A stretch of DNA of 56,791 nucleotides from Lysobacterales bacterium (lineage in GTDB: Bacteria; Pseudomonadota; Gammaproteobacteria; Xanthomonadales; SZUA-5). Below, piece by piece: positions 43,001 through 50,706 of the stretch. Every line of letters begins with the position of its first letter. Positions within the stretch are counted from its first letter, which is position 1. The notes under the pieces were generated by a model. It was given only the letters and a program-made list of their open reading frames with translations. It was not told the DNA's origin and ran no database searches. The stretch is from assembly GCA_036722245.1 (NCBI GenBank), contig DAIMJK010000001.1, forward strand, positions 1 through 56,791, read 5' to 3'. A program made the translations under genes and the position numbers.

Positions 43001-43736
43001 TTTCCCCAGCAAGTGCATGGGACTGGCCAGCTTGTGCTTCCAGCGTCTTTGCCCCCCGTTCACGCCCGGGCAGCATTGGATCTGTCTGCGTCGCCGCCAG
43101 TGCGGCCAGTTCCAGATCATCGAGCTCGATGCCCAGTTCAGCCAACATGGCCACGGTATCGTCGTCAAGCCCGATCGGAGGCTCGACCGCAACGCAAGCC
43201 GTAATGGCAAGCGATGATTCAGCAGCGACGGGCTCTGCGGAAGTCAACCGCTCATCCGCATCCGCATGCCTTGCTGTTGCGTCTGCTGGTGCTTCGCCTG
43301 ATTCGGAGCGGACGCCCGCGGACAATTCCTCTCGCAAGCCCATGGCAATCTCGATCCGCGCAGCCGTCTCAAGTGACTCCAGCGCAGGCAGATAGGGCAA
43401 GGCATCGAGCAGAATCTCTATTTCGTCGGCACGCGGAACCCGTGTCTGGAGAGATGCGATACCATTACACCAACTCGCCAGCAGCGCAGCTTGCGTGCTG
43501 GACAGGGTCCTCTGCGCGCCAGCCAGATCTGCAAACTCGGTAGCAAACAGACGCAGGACCCTGGCGAAGGACGGCCAGCCGTTGCTCTGCGCCAGTCGGC
43601 GCGCCTCGACGCTGGCTCGCCAGGCGGGCCGTAGCACCGTTCCGTCCTCGATCTGCGCGCTCCGCGCCAGCTGCGCCAACTCAGTCAGCCGGGCGGCAAG
43701 CTCGGTTCGGGAATCGATCGGTATGCCGGTGGTCAT
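40065..43736 (-). CDS. CheA-like hybrid histidine kinase (long N-terminus, Hpt, dimerisation, HATPase, CheW-like, receiver)
   Basis: Hpt ARRIAHTLKGDANTVG. HATPase HVLRNAVDHGIE, DDGRGLD and GRGVGMDIV. Receiver RIVVADDSLSVRRAL...AVLLDLEMPRLNG. Confidence 0.9.
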   Translation of the reverse strand: MTTGIPIDSRTELAARLTELAQLARSAQIEDGTVLRPAWRASVEARRLAQSNGWPSFARVLRLFATEFADLAGAQRTLSSTQAALLASWCNGIASLQTRVPRADEIEILLDALPYLPALESLETAARIEIAMGLREELSAGVRSESGEAPADATARHADADERLTSAEPVAAESSLAITACVAVEPPIGLDDDTVAMLAELGIELDDLELAALAATQTDPMLPGRERGAKTLEAQAGQSHALAGETSDPGLGTETERHDERAWLTDNAEELSARRTDSGLAFGPIWIAPEELELMQTAFAEQLLPVALAWDAALDAQDRDRLRDDVAYQLSLVGNALDMLGTPALASVNATLQRISDGADADPELVVRVVAAMLNYLQAPSAEGADTLIDVLVETPLASSGISAELRSEAARLRIGLDPARAAQRKRVAEAGDLSLQPARDVLANVLESMLRELPGNATRLGIAIRELVCGGAHPVVDEARRIAHTLKGDANTVGILGLANLTHSLEDILIELLRVPDRLPDALPELLLEVADCIEECADHLLGRGPAPLNLASVYQQTLNWANALLDGDVELATAESVDAPTPAPADTSTAPAEATGTASMAVDASLLDELQRLSGELLVLGRQVGQRLDVLDRTHRELGGEIRNERELVGALDDLVAMRGAALQSTRLAAGSQADALELDQYNELHTVSRRILEANADSDVLARAIRSVLSDIETLRSRQEQISDAIQRTVGRTRTVALESVLPRLQRIVRQTARSVDKSVELVAEGMQLALDAEILDRLVEPLSHVLRNAVDHGIENSTERLALGKPAVGRILVRATTVGDAMLLHISDDGRGLDLTAIRTKAESLGVIDSVTTLSDEMAARLILTPGFSTRQQVSHVSGRGVGMDIVNQRVQELRGSLNVSSHAGAGAAISIRLPLSRTAADVIIARGHEVSIALVAGAVSRILALGADDIAVDDSGGFQIKIDERTYPACTIEALFDRTEMQSLPGVGPCLGLLITLANETEQVLCVRQVDEVLRAVIKPISPMLPPIPAIRGMTQLSDGRLAPVVDVDTLLDLRGNASSWSWPDTSMSATELPRIVVADDSLSVRRALQQLMQDAGYDVVAARDGMEAVQLIEQRVPAAVLLDLEMPRLNGLEVCRHVRTRASTRNVPVVMITSRAGDRHRNMAADAGVTRLLGKPYVEDELVRLVGELVTASAASQTPAVVEDKAYAEILSARGVS

Positions 43737-43771
43737 TGCGAATCCCGATACAAGAGTTGTGCAGCGGAATA

Positions 43772-46303
43772 TCAGGTGTGCTGGGGCAGTCGGAACTGTC
43801 CAACCGTCCCCACCAACTGCTGTGCGGAGTCCGCCAGCTGATCAGTACTGCTTCGCTGAGCATCCAGTTCGTCAATGGTTTGCTGCGAACGCTGCAACAG
43901 TTCGTAAGCGCGAGCCAGCAATGTCTGGGAGGAGTCACTCTGAACCTGAGCGCTGGCTGCAATCGCGCGCACGGCCGCCACCAATTGCTCGGTTGCAGCG
44001 CGGGTCTCACCCATCTGACCACCAGCCCGATCGGCCAGACGGGAGATTTCGACTACCTGCGCGATCGTCACATTCATTGCCTGCAAAGTGTCACCGGTAT
44101 CGGCCTGAATCGCAGAGACCAGTGTGCCGATCTGCTGTGTCGCCTGACGCGAGCTTTCCGCCAGCCGCTTGACCTCGTCCGCCACGACCGCGAAGCCTCG
44201 TCCCGCGTCGCCGGCTGCGACCGCCTGCATTGATGCGTTCAGTGCCAGTACCGATGTACGTTCGGCGATCTGACCGATGATGCTGACGATGGTGGAAATC
44301 TCCTGCGAGCGCTCGGCCAGCCGCTTCACGCGCTTCTCCGTTTCCCGAATCTGATCGCGTGAGGAGGAAATCCCGCCCACTGTGCCGCGCACCAGTTCGA
44401 GCGCATCAGCAGTGGACTTGAGTGCCTGTTCGGCCTGCATGTTGGCGCTGGCGGCCTGATCACCCATCAGTCGCAAGGCGACGGCGGTCTGCTGGATCTC
44501 CGCCGCGGCCGCGGTGGCCTGATCTGATGCCGCGTTGGCCACCTGGGCGACGTTGTCACCGCGCTGACGCACCTGCGCGGTCGCTTCGGACACCGCGTCG
44601 GACACCCGCCGCACATCCCCAAGCGCCATTGCGGTCGAGCGCGACATCATGTTGATGGCATCAGAAACCGCGCCTGTGACGTCCTCGGCCACCGGCACGC
44701 GCACCGAAAGATCGCGACTGGCTAATTCGGACACCGCGGTCATGATCTCGATCACCGAGTTGTTCAGCTGTTCGTTTTCCGCTTCGATACGAGCCTGCAC
44801 CGCATTGCGCTCGTCAAGCATGTTGTCGAAGGCCGTCGCCAGCGCCCCGATCTCGTCGCGTGCCTGCATACCGGAGCGAGCGTCTCGTTCTCCCAGCGCC
44901 ACCCGATTAACCACATCAGTCAGCTTGCCCAGCGGATCGTTGATCGATCGAGCCAGCATCAGCGCGATCAGGCCGCCGATCAATCCGAGCAGCGCCAGCG
45001 TCCCGAGCGCAACGACGGTGATCTGGCGAGTCAGGCCGGCGACCGCGGCAAAAGCCTCGCTCGCCTCAAGCTTGAGCACGAAGCCGAAGCGCTGATTGAG
45101 TACGTCAACCGGTCCCCAGGCGGCGAGCACGTCGCGCTTGAGGTAATCAACCGCTCGACCCGCGCCCACTGTACCGGCCAGACCGGCGCGAGCGGGCGCG
45201 GACTGATCCCTGACTCGGCCAATCGAGCTGCCCGCATCCGCGACACTCTGCGCCAGCGCCAGGTCATGGCCAGCCACGACCAACGCATCAGCATAGGCCG
45301 CAGCGTCGACAGTAACGTTCCGGACGTCGGCCCGATGCCTCCCATCCTGGCCGATCAGAACAGCCTCGCCAGTTTGCCCCAGCCCGGATCCCGTCCAGTC
45401 GCCGCCAAAGTTGACCACCGCATTCACCCGGTCGATGGGTGCCTGCGCAATCAGCACGCCAATCCGCCTGCCGTCCTGAAATAGCGGCGCTCCAAAGAAT
45501 ACCGCCTGGTCATCGTAGGACGGTCGGTAAGGCGCGAAATCGGTGAGAAACACCCCGCGAGGGTCCGCGCCCAAAGCGGCTGCTGCGAAAGCCAGCCCTA
45601 TTCCGGAATCTGCCCAAGGGCCATCGCGCAAGTTTGTGCCGAAATCCAGCTCCTTGTAGTAGGAATACACGAGATCGCCGCTGACACCTACCAGGAAGAT
45701 GTCGTAAAAGCCGTACTCCCGGATCCAGCCGGCCATCTGTGCCTGAACGTTTGCGTGCAGCGCGGAGTAGCGCGTCGGGTCCAGCGGTGACGCAATGAGT
45801 TGCTGCTTGCTTCCAAGCGGATTGGGGTTACGTGCAATGTAGAGGTACTGCAGCGCGATCGCCAGCGGTCCGATCTCGTCGATGGTGCTGGCCATGCCGG
45901 CGCGCGCTCCGGCGTTGCGCCGACCGAACTCGGCTTCGAAAGCGCCATCGTAGTACTCGTTCAGAGCGCGCACTCGCTCAGCAGTAGGCACGGCGAGTTG
46001 AGTCGTCAGTTGGCGAGCTTCGACTTGCAGCTCAGGCAGCGCTGCGATGAGGGAGGTCGACGATGCCATGGATCTGACCGCTGCCGTCAGGGTTTCAAAA
46101 TAGCTCAGCACCTCGCGTGATTTGACGTTGTGCACCGAGCGCAACTGTTCGGCCGCCCGCTCTTCGATGGCGCTGGTTGCCAGCCGCACCGAGATTGCAC
46201 CGATGCCGATGGCGACGACGATGAGAGGAATGATTGTCAGGCCGAGGGAGCCGGACAACAGCCGGAAACGAATGGAACTGAAGAATGAGCTTGAACTTGC
46301 CAT
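43772..46303 (-). CDS. Methyl-accepting chemotaxis protein with a ~400-aa periplasmic (Cache-like) domain and HAMP
   Basis: N-terminal TM. FYDIFLVGVSGDLVYSYYKELDFGTNL (Cache-type). HAMP RDEIGALATAFDNM. Signalling hairpin IVSIIGQIAERTSVLALNASMQAVAAGDAGRGFAVVADEVKRLAE. Confidence 0.9.
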   Translation of the reverse strand: MASSSSFFSSIRFRLLSGSLGLTIIPLIVVAIGIGAISVRLATSAIEERAAEQLRSVHNVKSREVLSYFETLTAAVRSMASSTSLIAALPELQVEARQLTTQLAVPTAERVRALNEYYDGAFEAEFGRRNAGARAGMASTIDEIGPLAIALQYLYIARNPNPLGSKQQLIASPLDPTRYSALHANVQAQMAGWIREYGFYDIFLVGVSGDLVYSYYKELDFGTNLRDGPWADSGIGLAFAAAALGADPRGVFLTDFAPYRPSYDDQAVFFGAPLFQDGRRIGVLIAQAPIDRVNAVVNFGGDWTGSGLGQTGEAVLIGQDGRHRADVRNVTVDAAAYADALVVAGHDLALAQSVADAGSSIGRVRDQSAPARAGLAGTVGAGRAVDYLKRDVLAAWGPVDVLNQRFGFVLKLEASEAFAAVAGLTRQITVVALGTLALLGLIGGLIALMLARSINDPLGKLTDVVNRVALGERDARSGMQARDEIGALATAFDNMLDERNAVQARIEAENEQLNNSVIEIMTAVSELASRDLSVRVPVAEDVTGAVSDAINMMSRSTAMALGDVRRVSDAVSEATAQVRQRGDNVAQVANAASDQATAAAAEIQQTAVALRLMGDQAASANMQAEQALKSTADALELVRGTVGGISSSRDQIRETEKRVKRLAERSQEISTIVSIIGQIAERTSVLALNASMQAVAAGDAGRGFAVVADEVKRLAESSRQATQQIGTLVSAIQADTGDTLQAMNVTIAQVVEISRLADRAGGQMGETRAATEQLVAAVRAIAASAQVQSDSSQTLLARAYELLQRSQQTIDELDAQRSSTDQLADSAQQLVGTVGQFRLPQHT

Positions 46304-46379
46304 GTCGTGTCCTGTCGCGGTTCTGTTGAGTGGCGTTTCTGCAACCGGTCTCTTGGGTGAGTGTTTCCGAAATCTTCGA

Positions 46380-46928
46380 TCAAGCGGGACGCAGGACCGA
46401 GTTGGCGATCTGCTTCAGCCAGGCAAAGGGATCGAAAGAAAAAGCCGCGCCCAGATCGGTATGCAGGCCCTCCATACCCAGAAAGTCAGCCAGTGACTCC
46501 GGCACGCCTTCTGGCAACTCCGGACCCGCTTGATCGAGCATGACGCTGAGAACGACGGGCGGTTCCGGGCATATCAGCCCCAGATGCAAGGCGCCATCGC
46601 TGATGAGCGTCATCCCGCCCCCTGCGGCTGAGCCTTTGCTCGCCGCCGTGCTCCACCCGATCAAATCGAACACGGGCACAAGCACACCCTCCTCCGAATG
46701 CACACCGACGAACCAGGGCTGAACATTCGGCAGCGCGGCGAGCATCGGATGGTTGATGTACTTACACACCGCGCCCGTCGGAGCCACCAGCCAGGGCATG
46801 CCTGGCGCAAGCCGCAAGCCAACCGCCTGCTGCAAGGCCAGTGTGGGCCGTGCGTCAACGCCCTCGGGGCCAGGGTAGGTCTGACGTATCGCCGCTACGG
46901 CGTCGGCGCTGGTGGCGACCTTATCCAC
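46380..46928 (-). CDS. CheW-like coupling protein
   Basis: LPNVQPWFVGVHSEEGVLVPVFDLIGW parallels the CheW core (IPN.P.FV.GV.N.RG.VIPVIDL). Confidence 0.7.
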   Translation of the reverse strand: MDKVATSADAVAAIRQTYPGPEGVDARPTLALQQAVGLRLAPGMPWLVAPTGAVCKYINHPMLAALPNVQPWFVGVHSEEGVLVPVFDLIGWSTAASKGSAAGGGMTLISDGALHLGLICPEPPVVLSVMLDQAGPELPEGVPESLADFLGMEGLHTDLGAAFSFDPFAWLKQIANSVLRPA

Positions 46929-46946
46929 AGGCTGGTGCTGACCGGC

Positions 46947-48038
46947 TCATTCGGCTCGATCGAGCGACAACTGCCGGGTCGGGCCGATGTCGAACCGGAG
47001 CTTGATGTTGTCCACGTTGCCAAGGACCCGACCGTCGCTCAAAGCGATGCCTACGGCGTCAGCACTGGTTCCAGCGGCCATCAAGACGTCATGTCGGACT
47101 GCGAAATCCAGCGCCCGTCCCATGACGTCCTCGAGTGCGCCCGAGCGTGCATACCCGGCAGCATCCCAGGCAAAGTAAAACATAGCCGTGGTCGCCAGCT
47201 GCCCCGCGTACTCATCAGCAGTTGCGCCAGAATCCCGCGCCATTGCATCGAGCGCGCTGGCTTTCACTTGTGGGTCTGTGCTCGTCAATGGCGCCAAGGT
47301 CTCGTACCAGGCGCCGACCAGCGCCGTTCGCAATTGCGGTGGCGAATCCGTGCGAATCACCATCAAGTCGAGGATCTCGCCCTGAATGGCTGAGGAGTCA
47401 AACAGTACATTCGTCCCTGGCAAGCTCGCAGCGCTGTCCAGATGCGGTTTCCAGGTGACCGCAGCAGCACGACCACGAGCCGCCAACGCGCTCACGATGT
47501 CATCTTCGGTTGATTCGATCATCGTGACGCCGGAAAGCTCGATTCCGTTGATCTGGGCAGCGCGATCGATCAAGTAATGCGAAACGGACAAAGGTACAAG
47601 CAGGACCTCCATGCCGGGCAGTTCAGCGAAGCTCCCCGCACCCCGCATGACCAGTGCATCGTTGCCGTTGGAGTAATCGCCGATGATCAATGCGGTTGAG
47701 TCCAACCCCGCCGCAACGGGGATGGTCAGTGCGTCGATGTTGGTCATGGCGCAACCGTCAAACTCGCCCTTGCTGTAACGTTCTATCGACTCGAGATAAC
47801 TGTCGACATAGACCATGTCGACCCGAATGCCTTGCTGATCGGCCCAGCGCTTGAGAATTCCCGAGCGCTGCGCATGCCCCCATGGCTCCCAACCCGGATA
47901 GCGTGACCAAGCAACTCTGAACGTAGTCTTGGCGGGCGCCGGGGTAGTTGCTTCGCCCTGTTGGGCCTGCTCCGCCGTCTGATTGGAGCACCCCGCCAGA
48001 ACGAGCAGCATGATGGCAAGTATCGCGAAAGATCTCAT
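46947..48038 (-). CDS. Periplasmic solute-binding lipoprotein (NMT1/TauA/NitT-like SBP fold, tentative)
   Basis: Lipobox MRSFAILAIMLLVLAGCSNQ. FRVAWSRYPGWEPWGHA...GIRVDMVYVDSY...DGCAMTNIDAL resembles NitT/TauT-type binding proteins. No permease or ATPase genes nearby. Confidence 0.6.
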   Translation of the reverse strand: MRSFAILAIMLLVLAGCSNQTAEQAQQGEATTPAPAKTTFRVAWSRYPGWEPWGHAQRSGILKRWADQQGIRVDMVYVDSYLESIERYSKGEFDGCAMTNIDALTIPVAAGLDSTALIIGDYSNGNDALVMRGAGSFAELPGMEVLLVPLSVSHYLIDRAAQINGIELSGVTMIESTEDDIVSALAARGRAAAVTWKPHLDSAASLPGTNVLFDSSAIQGEILDLMVIRTDSPPQLRTALVGAWYETLAPLTSTDPQVKASALDAMARDSGATADEYAGQLATTAMFYFAWDAAGYARSGALEDVMGRALDFAVRHDVLMAAGTSADAVGIALSDGRVLGNVDNIKLRFDIGPTRQLSLDRAE

Positions 48039-48063
48039 GGCTGTGGCCTGCATGCGATTGAGA

Positions 48064-48426
48064 TCAACCTGCGTACGTGCGCAGCGCGTCAAGAATCTGG
48101 GATGCATCGTAGGGCTTGCCGATCAAGGCCTTCGCGCCTTGCATCTTGGCCCAGAGGTGATCCGCTTTCTGGTTCTTGCTGGAGACGAAAACGACCGGAA
48201 TGGCCTTCGTATCCGCGTTCGCCTGCAACTGCCGACAGGCCTCGAAACCGTCCATGTCCGGCATGATGATGTCGCACAGGATCAGACCGGGCTTCTCGCT
48301 GAGCGCCTTGGCGACGGCCTCATTGCCATTGGACGCGGTGACTGCCTGCCATCCCGCCCCGGTCAGGATGTTCAACAGGTTGGCCAGCTCTGTGGGTGAA
48401 TCGTCGACAATGAGTGCTTTGGGCAT
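48064..48426 (-). CDS. CheY-like single-domain response regulator
   Basis: MPKALIVDDSPTELANL...LILCDIIMPDMDGFEACRQL...VVFVSSK...LIGKPY. Start at ATG 48426. Confidence 0.88.
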   Translation of the reverse strand: MPKALIVDDSPTELANLLNILTGAGWQAVTASNGNEAVAKALSEKPGLILCDIIMPDMDGFEACRQLQANADTKAIPVVFVSSKNQKADHLWAKMQGAKALIGKPYDASQILDALRTYAG

Positions 48427-48642
48427 GATGGCTTCCATGTTGGCGAGAACTGTTGAGGTGCCCCACTCCGGGCGCGGCGAACGAACGCAATCTCTGACGC
48501 CCGTGGTGAGCGAGCATCTGAGGAATCCGAATCGCGACAGAGCGCACAATGAACCATGCAGGCATGGCCGGTAAAGCCGCTTTCACAAGAATTGACTTGA
48601 GCAGCCGCTTCCAAGCCTGGCCCGGGCAACCGGTCCAAGCTG

Positions 48643-49338
48643 TCAGCTCTCCAGGTCCACCTGCTCGAGTCGGTAGCCGTGCTGATAGATGGTCCGCAGG
48701 CGCCAGCCGTGGCTGCCATCGAGTCTCAGCCGCTTGCGAAGGCGACTGACATAGGTGTCCACCGAGCGTGTCTCGACGCCCGCAGGCATACGCCAGACTT
48801 CACTGAGCAACTGATCCCTGCTGACCATCAGGTTGGCACGTCGAAACAGAGCAGAGGCAAGATCGAACTCCTTTTCTGTCAGTTCGACCTGATCACCGTG
48901 GATCTGAACCACGCGCCGTCGCGTGTCGATCGCATAGGGCGGATGCGCCGTCAAGGGTCCGACCTCGGCTAGCCCGCCGCGCCTGAGCAGGGCATTGACC
49001 CTCACCAGCAGCATGGCGCGATTGGTCGGCTTGACGAGATAGTCGTCGGCGCCGCTCTCGAAAGCGGTCAGCACGTCCAGTTCCTGATCGCGCATGGTCA
49101 GCATCAACACCGGAACCGCTGCGTAGGCCGACGACCTGAGCCATCCCACGACATCAACGCCCGACTCGTCCGGCAACATCCAGTCGAGCACGAGCAGATC
49201 AAAACCGCCCCTGGCAAGCGCGCGCCGGAAATCGATCACAGCCTGGAAAACGGCAACCTTGTGGCCGGCCAATTCCAGAATGCCACGGTACAACTCCGCT
49301 TGAAGTTGATCGTCCTCAACAAGGGCTATGCTCGCCAA
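48643..49338 (-). CDS. OmpR/PhoB-family winged-helix response regulator
   Basis: IALVEDDQLQAE...LLVLDWMLPDESG. LTEKEFDLASALF...VSRDQLLSEVW...RSVDTYVSRLRKRL...GYRL. Confidence 0.9.
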   Translation of the reverse strand: MASIALVEDDQLQAELYRGILELAGHKVAVFQAVIDFRRALARGGFDLLVLDWMLPDESGVDVVGWLRSSAYAAVPVLMLTMRDQELDVLTAFESGADDYLVKPTNRAMLLVRVNALLRRGGLAEVGPLTAHPPYAIDTRRRVVQIHGDQVELTEKEFDLASALFRRANLMVSRDQLLSEVWRMPAGVETRSVDTYVSRLRKRLRLDGSHGWRLRTIYQHGYRLEQVDLES

Positions 49339-49386
49339 CGATGCCTCTGCCGTTTCAGGGAAGCCACGAGGATCTTATCTCACCCT

Positions 49387-50703
49387 TCAAGCTTGTCCAT
49401 GTCCAGACTGAGGTTCCCGCCCGTCGGTTCTCAGAAATCGGCGCAGCAACCGCTTCAATGCGGCCACATCGAGTGGTTTGGACAGACAAAGATCTGCGCC
49501 GGCATCAGCCGCGGCGGACCTTACTTCCTCGCCGTTGTCACCACTGACCATGACCAAGTAGCCAACGAACCCGGCATCTTTGAACTGCCGGATCAGGCTG
49601 ACGCCATCCCAGGCCCCCATGCGCTTATCGACCAGTATCAGTCCGGGATCCCATTGCTGCATCAGTGCGACGGCGCAGGATGGGTCGTTGCTCGTGTGCA
49701 CTTCCAGCCCGACAGATTCGATGATCAGGCCCAGCAGCTCGGTGACCGTGGGGTCATCGTCGATGACCAAAACGCGCGCGCTGTGGGAGCCAGGCAACAC
49801 GCTGGCGGCGCAGCCTGTGCAGACACCAACAGCTGTAGCCGGAATGGGGATCAGTACCGAAACCGACGTGCCGGCGCCGGGCTCGGAAAGCAGCTCGATT
49901 GCCCCGCCCATCTCCTGCACCAACGCCTTGACAATGGACAAGCCCAGACCCGCCCCAAGCCGACTCCGCTGCGCCCCGTCATTGAACGGTTCAAAGATGC
50001 TGTCGTGATAGCTCGGGTCGATGCCCGCGCCGGTATCGTGCACTTCCAGTTGCAAGGCCGCTTCTTGCAGCTGCATGCGCACGCGGACGCTGCCGATGCC
50101 GATGCGGGTATAGCGCACCGAATTGCTGACCAGATTGCAGAGAACTCGCTGCAGCCGGATCCGATCCAGCGTCAGCGGCCTTCGTGCTGGATCGATCACT
50201 TCGACCGTGAAGTCCAGCCCCTTCTGCTCGGCCTGACCTTGGATGACCGACTCGACGTCCGCGGCCAGCTGAGCAAGAATCCAGGGGCTGACCGAAGACG
50301 CCGGAAGCACGCCTCGTAGTTCGGCATCGCACAAGTCGGCGTCGGTAAAGATGACATACTCGTGCATCGCATCGCTGAACCAGTGCACGTTGGCCGGATG
50401 ACCGCCGGGCAGCTCAACCAACGGCCAGTAGCTCGTTGAAGACGATTCCCGACCGACCCGCAAGGCATCAATGAACGCGTAAAGTTGCGCCAGCTCGCTG
50501 ACTTTGTGGCCGTAGTACGCCGGTGCGCCGGCCAACAAGCGAAACCGATGCTCTCCAGCCTGGAGATCGCAAACGAACACGAGCGGCCGGGCATTGTCGA
50601 TCAGCCGCGCGCGCAGGTGAGACTCCACCGAGGCGGGCAGCTGCGCCACCGCTGGCCTCCCTGCCCCGGGATCTGGCATGGCTCCATGGCCTTGCGCGCT
50701 CAT
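49387..50703 (-). CDS. Atypical HATPase-receiver protein lacking a recognisable DHp/H-box
   Basis: N-box RLQRVLCNLVSNSVRYT, HDTGAGID, GAGLGLSIVKAL, receiver RVLVIDDDPTVTEL...LILVDKRMGAWDG. The about 140 aa upstream contain no HExxxP-type phospho-His motif. Confidence 0.75.
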   Translation of the reverse strand: MSAQGHGAMPDPGAGRPAVAQLPASVESHLRARLIDNARPLVFVCDLQAGEHRFRLLAGAPAYYGHKVSELAQLYAFIDALRVGRESSSTSYWPLVELPGGHPANVHWFSDAMHEYVIFTDADLCDAELRGVLPASSVSPWILAQLAADVESVIQGQAEQKGLDFTVEVIDPARRPLTLDRIRLQRVLCNLVSNSVRYTRIGIGSVRVRMQLQEAALQLEVHDTGAGIDPSYHDSIFEPFNDGAQRSRLGAGLGLSIVKALVQEMGGAIELLSEPGAGTSVSVLIPIPATAVGVCTGCAASVLPGSHSARVLVIDDDPTVTELLGLIIESVGLEVHTSNDPSCAVALMQQWDPGLILVDKRMGAWDGVSLIRQFKDAGFVGYLVMVSGDNGEEVRSAAADAGADLCLSKPLDVAALKRLLRRFLRTDGREPQSGHGQA

Positions 50704-50706
50704 GAC

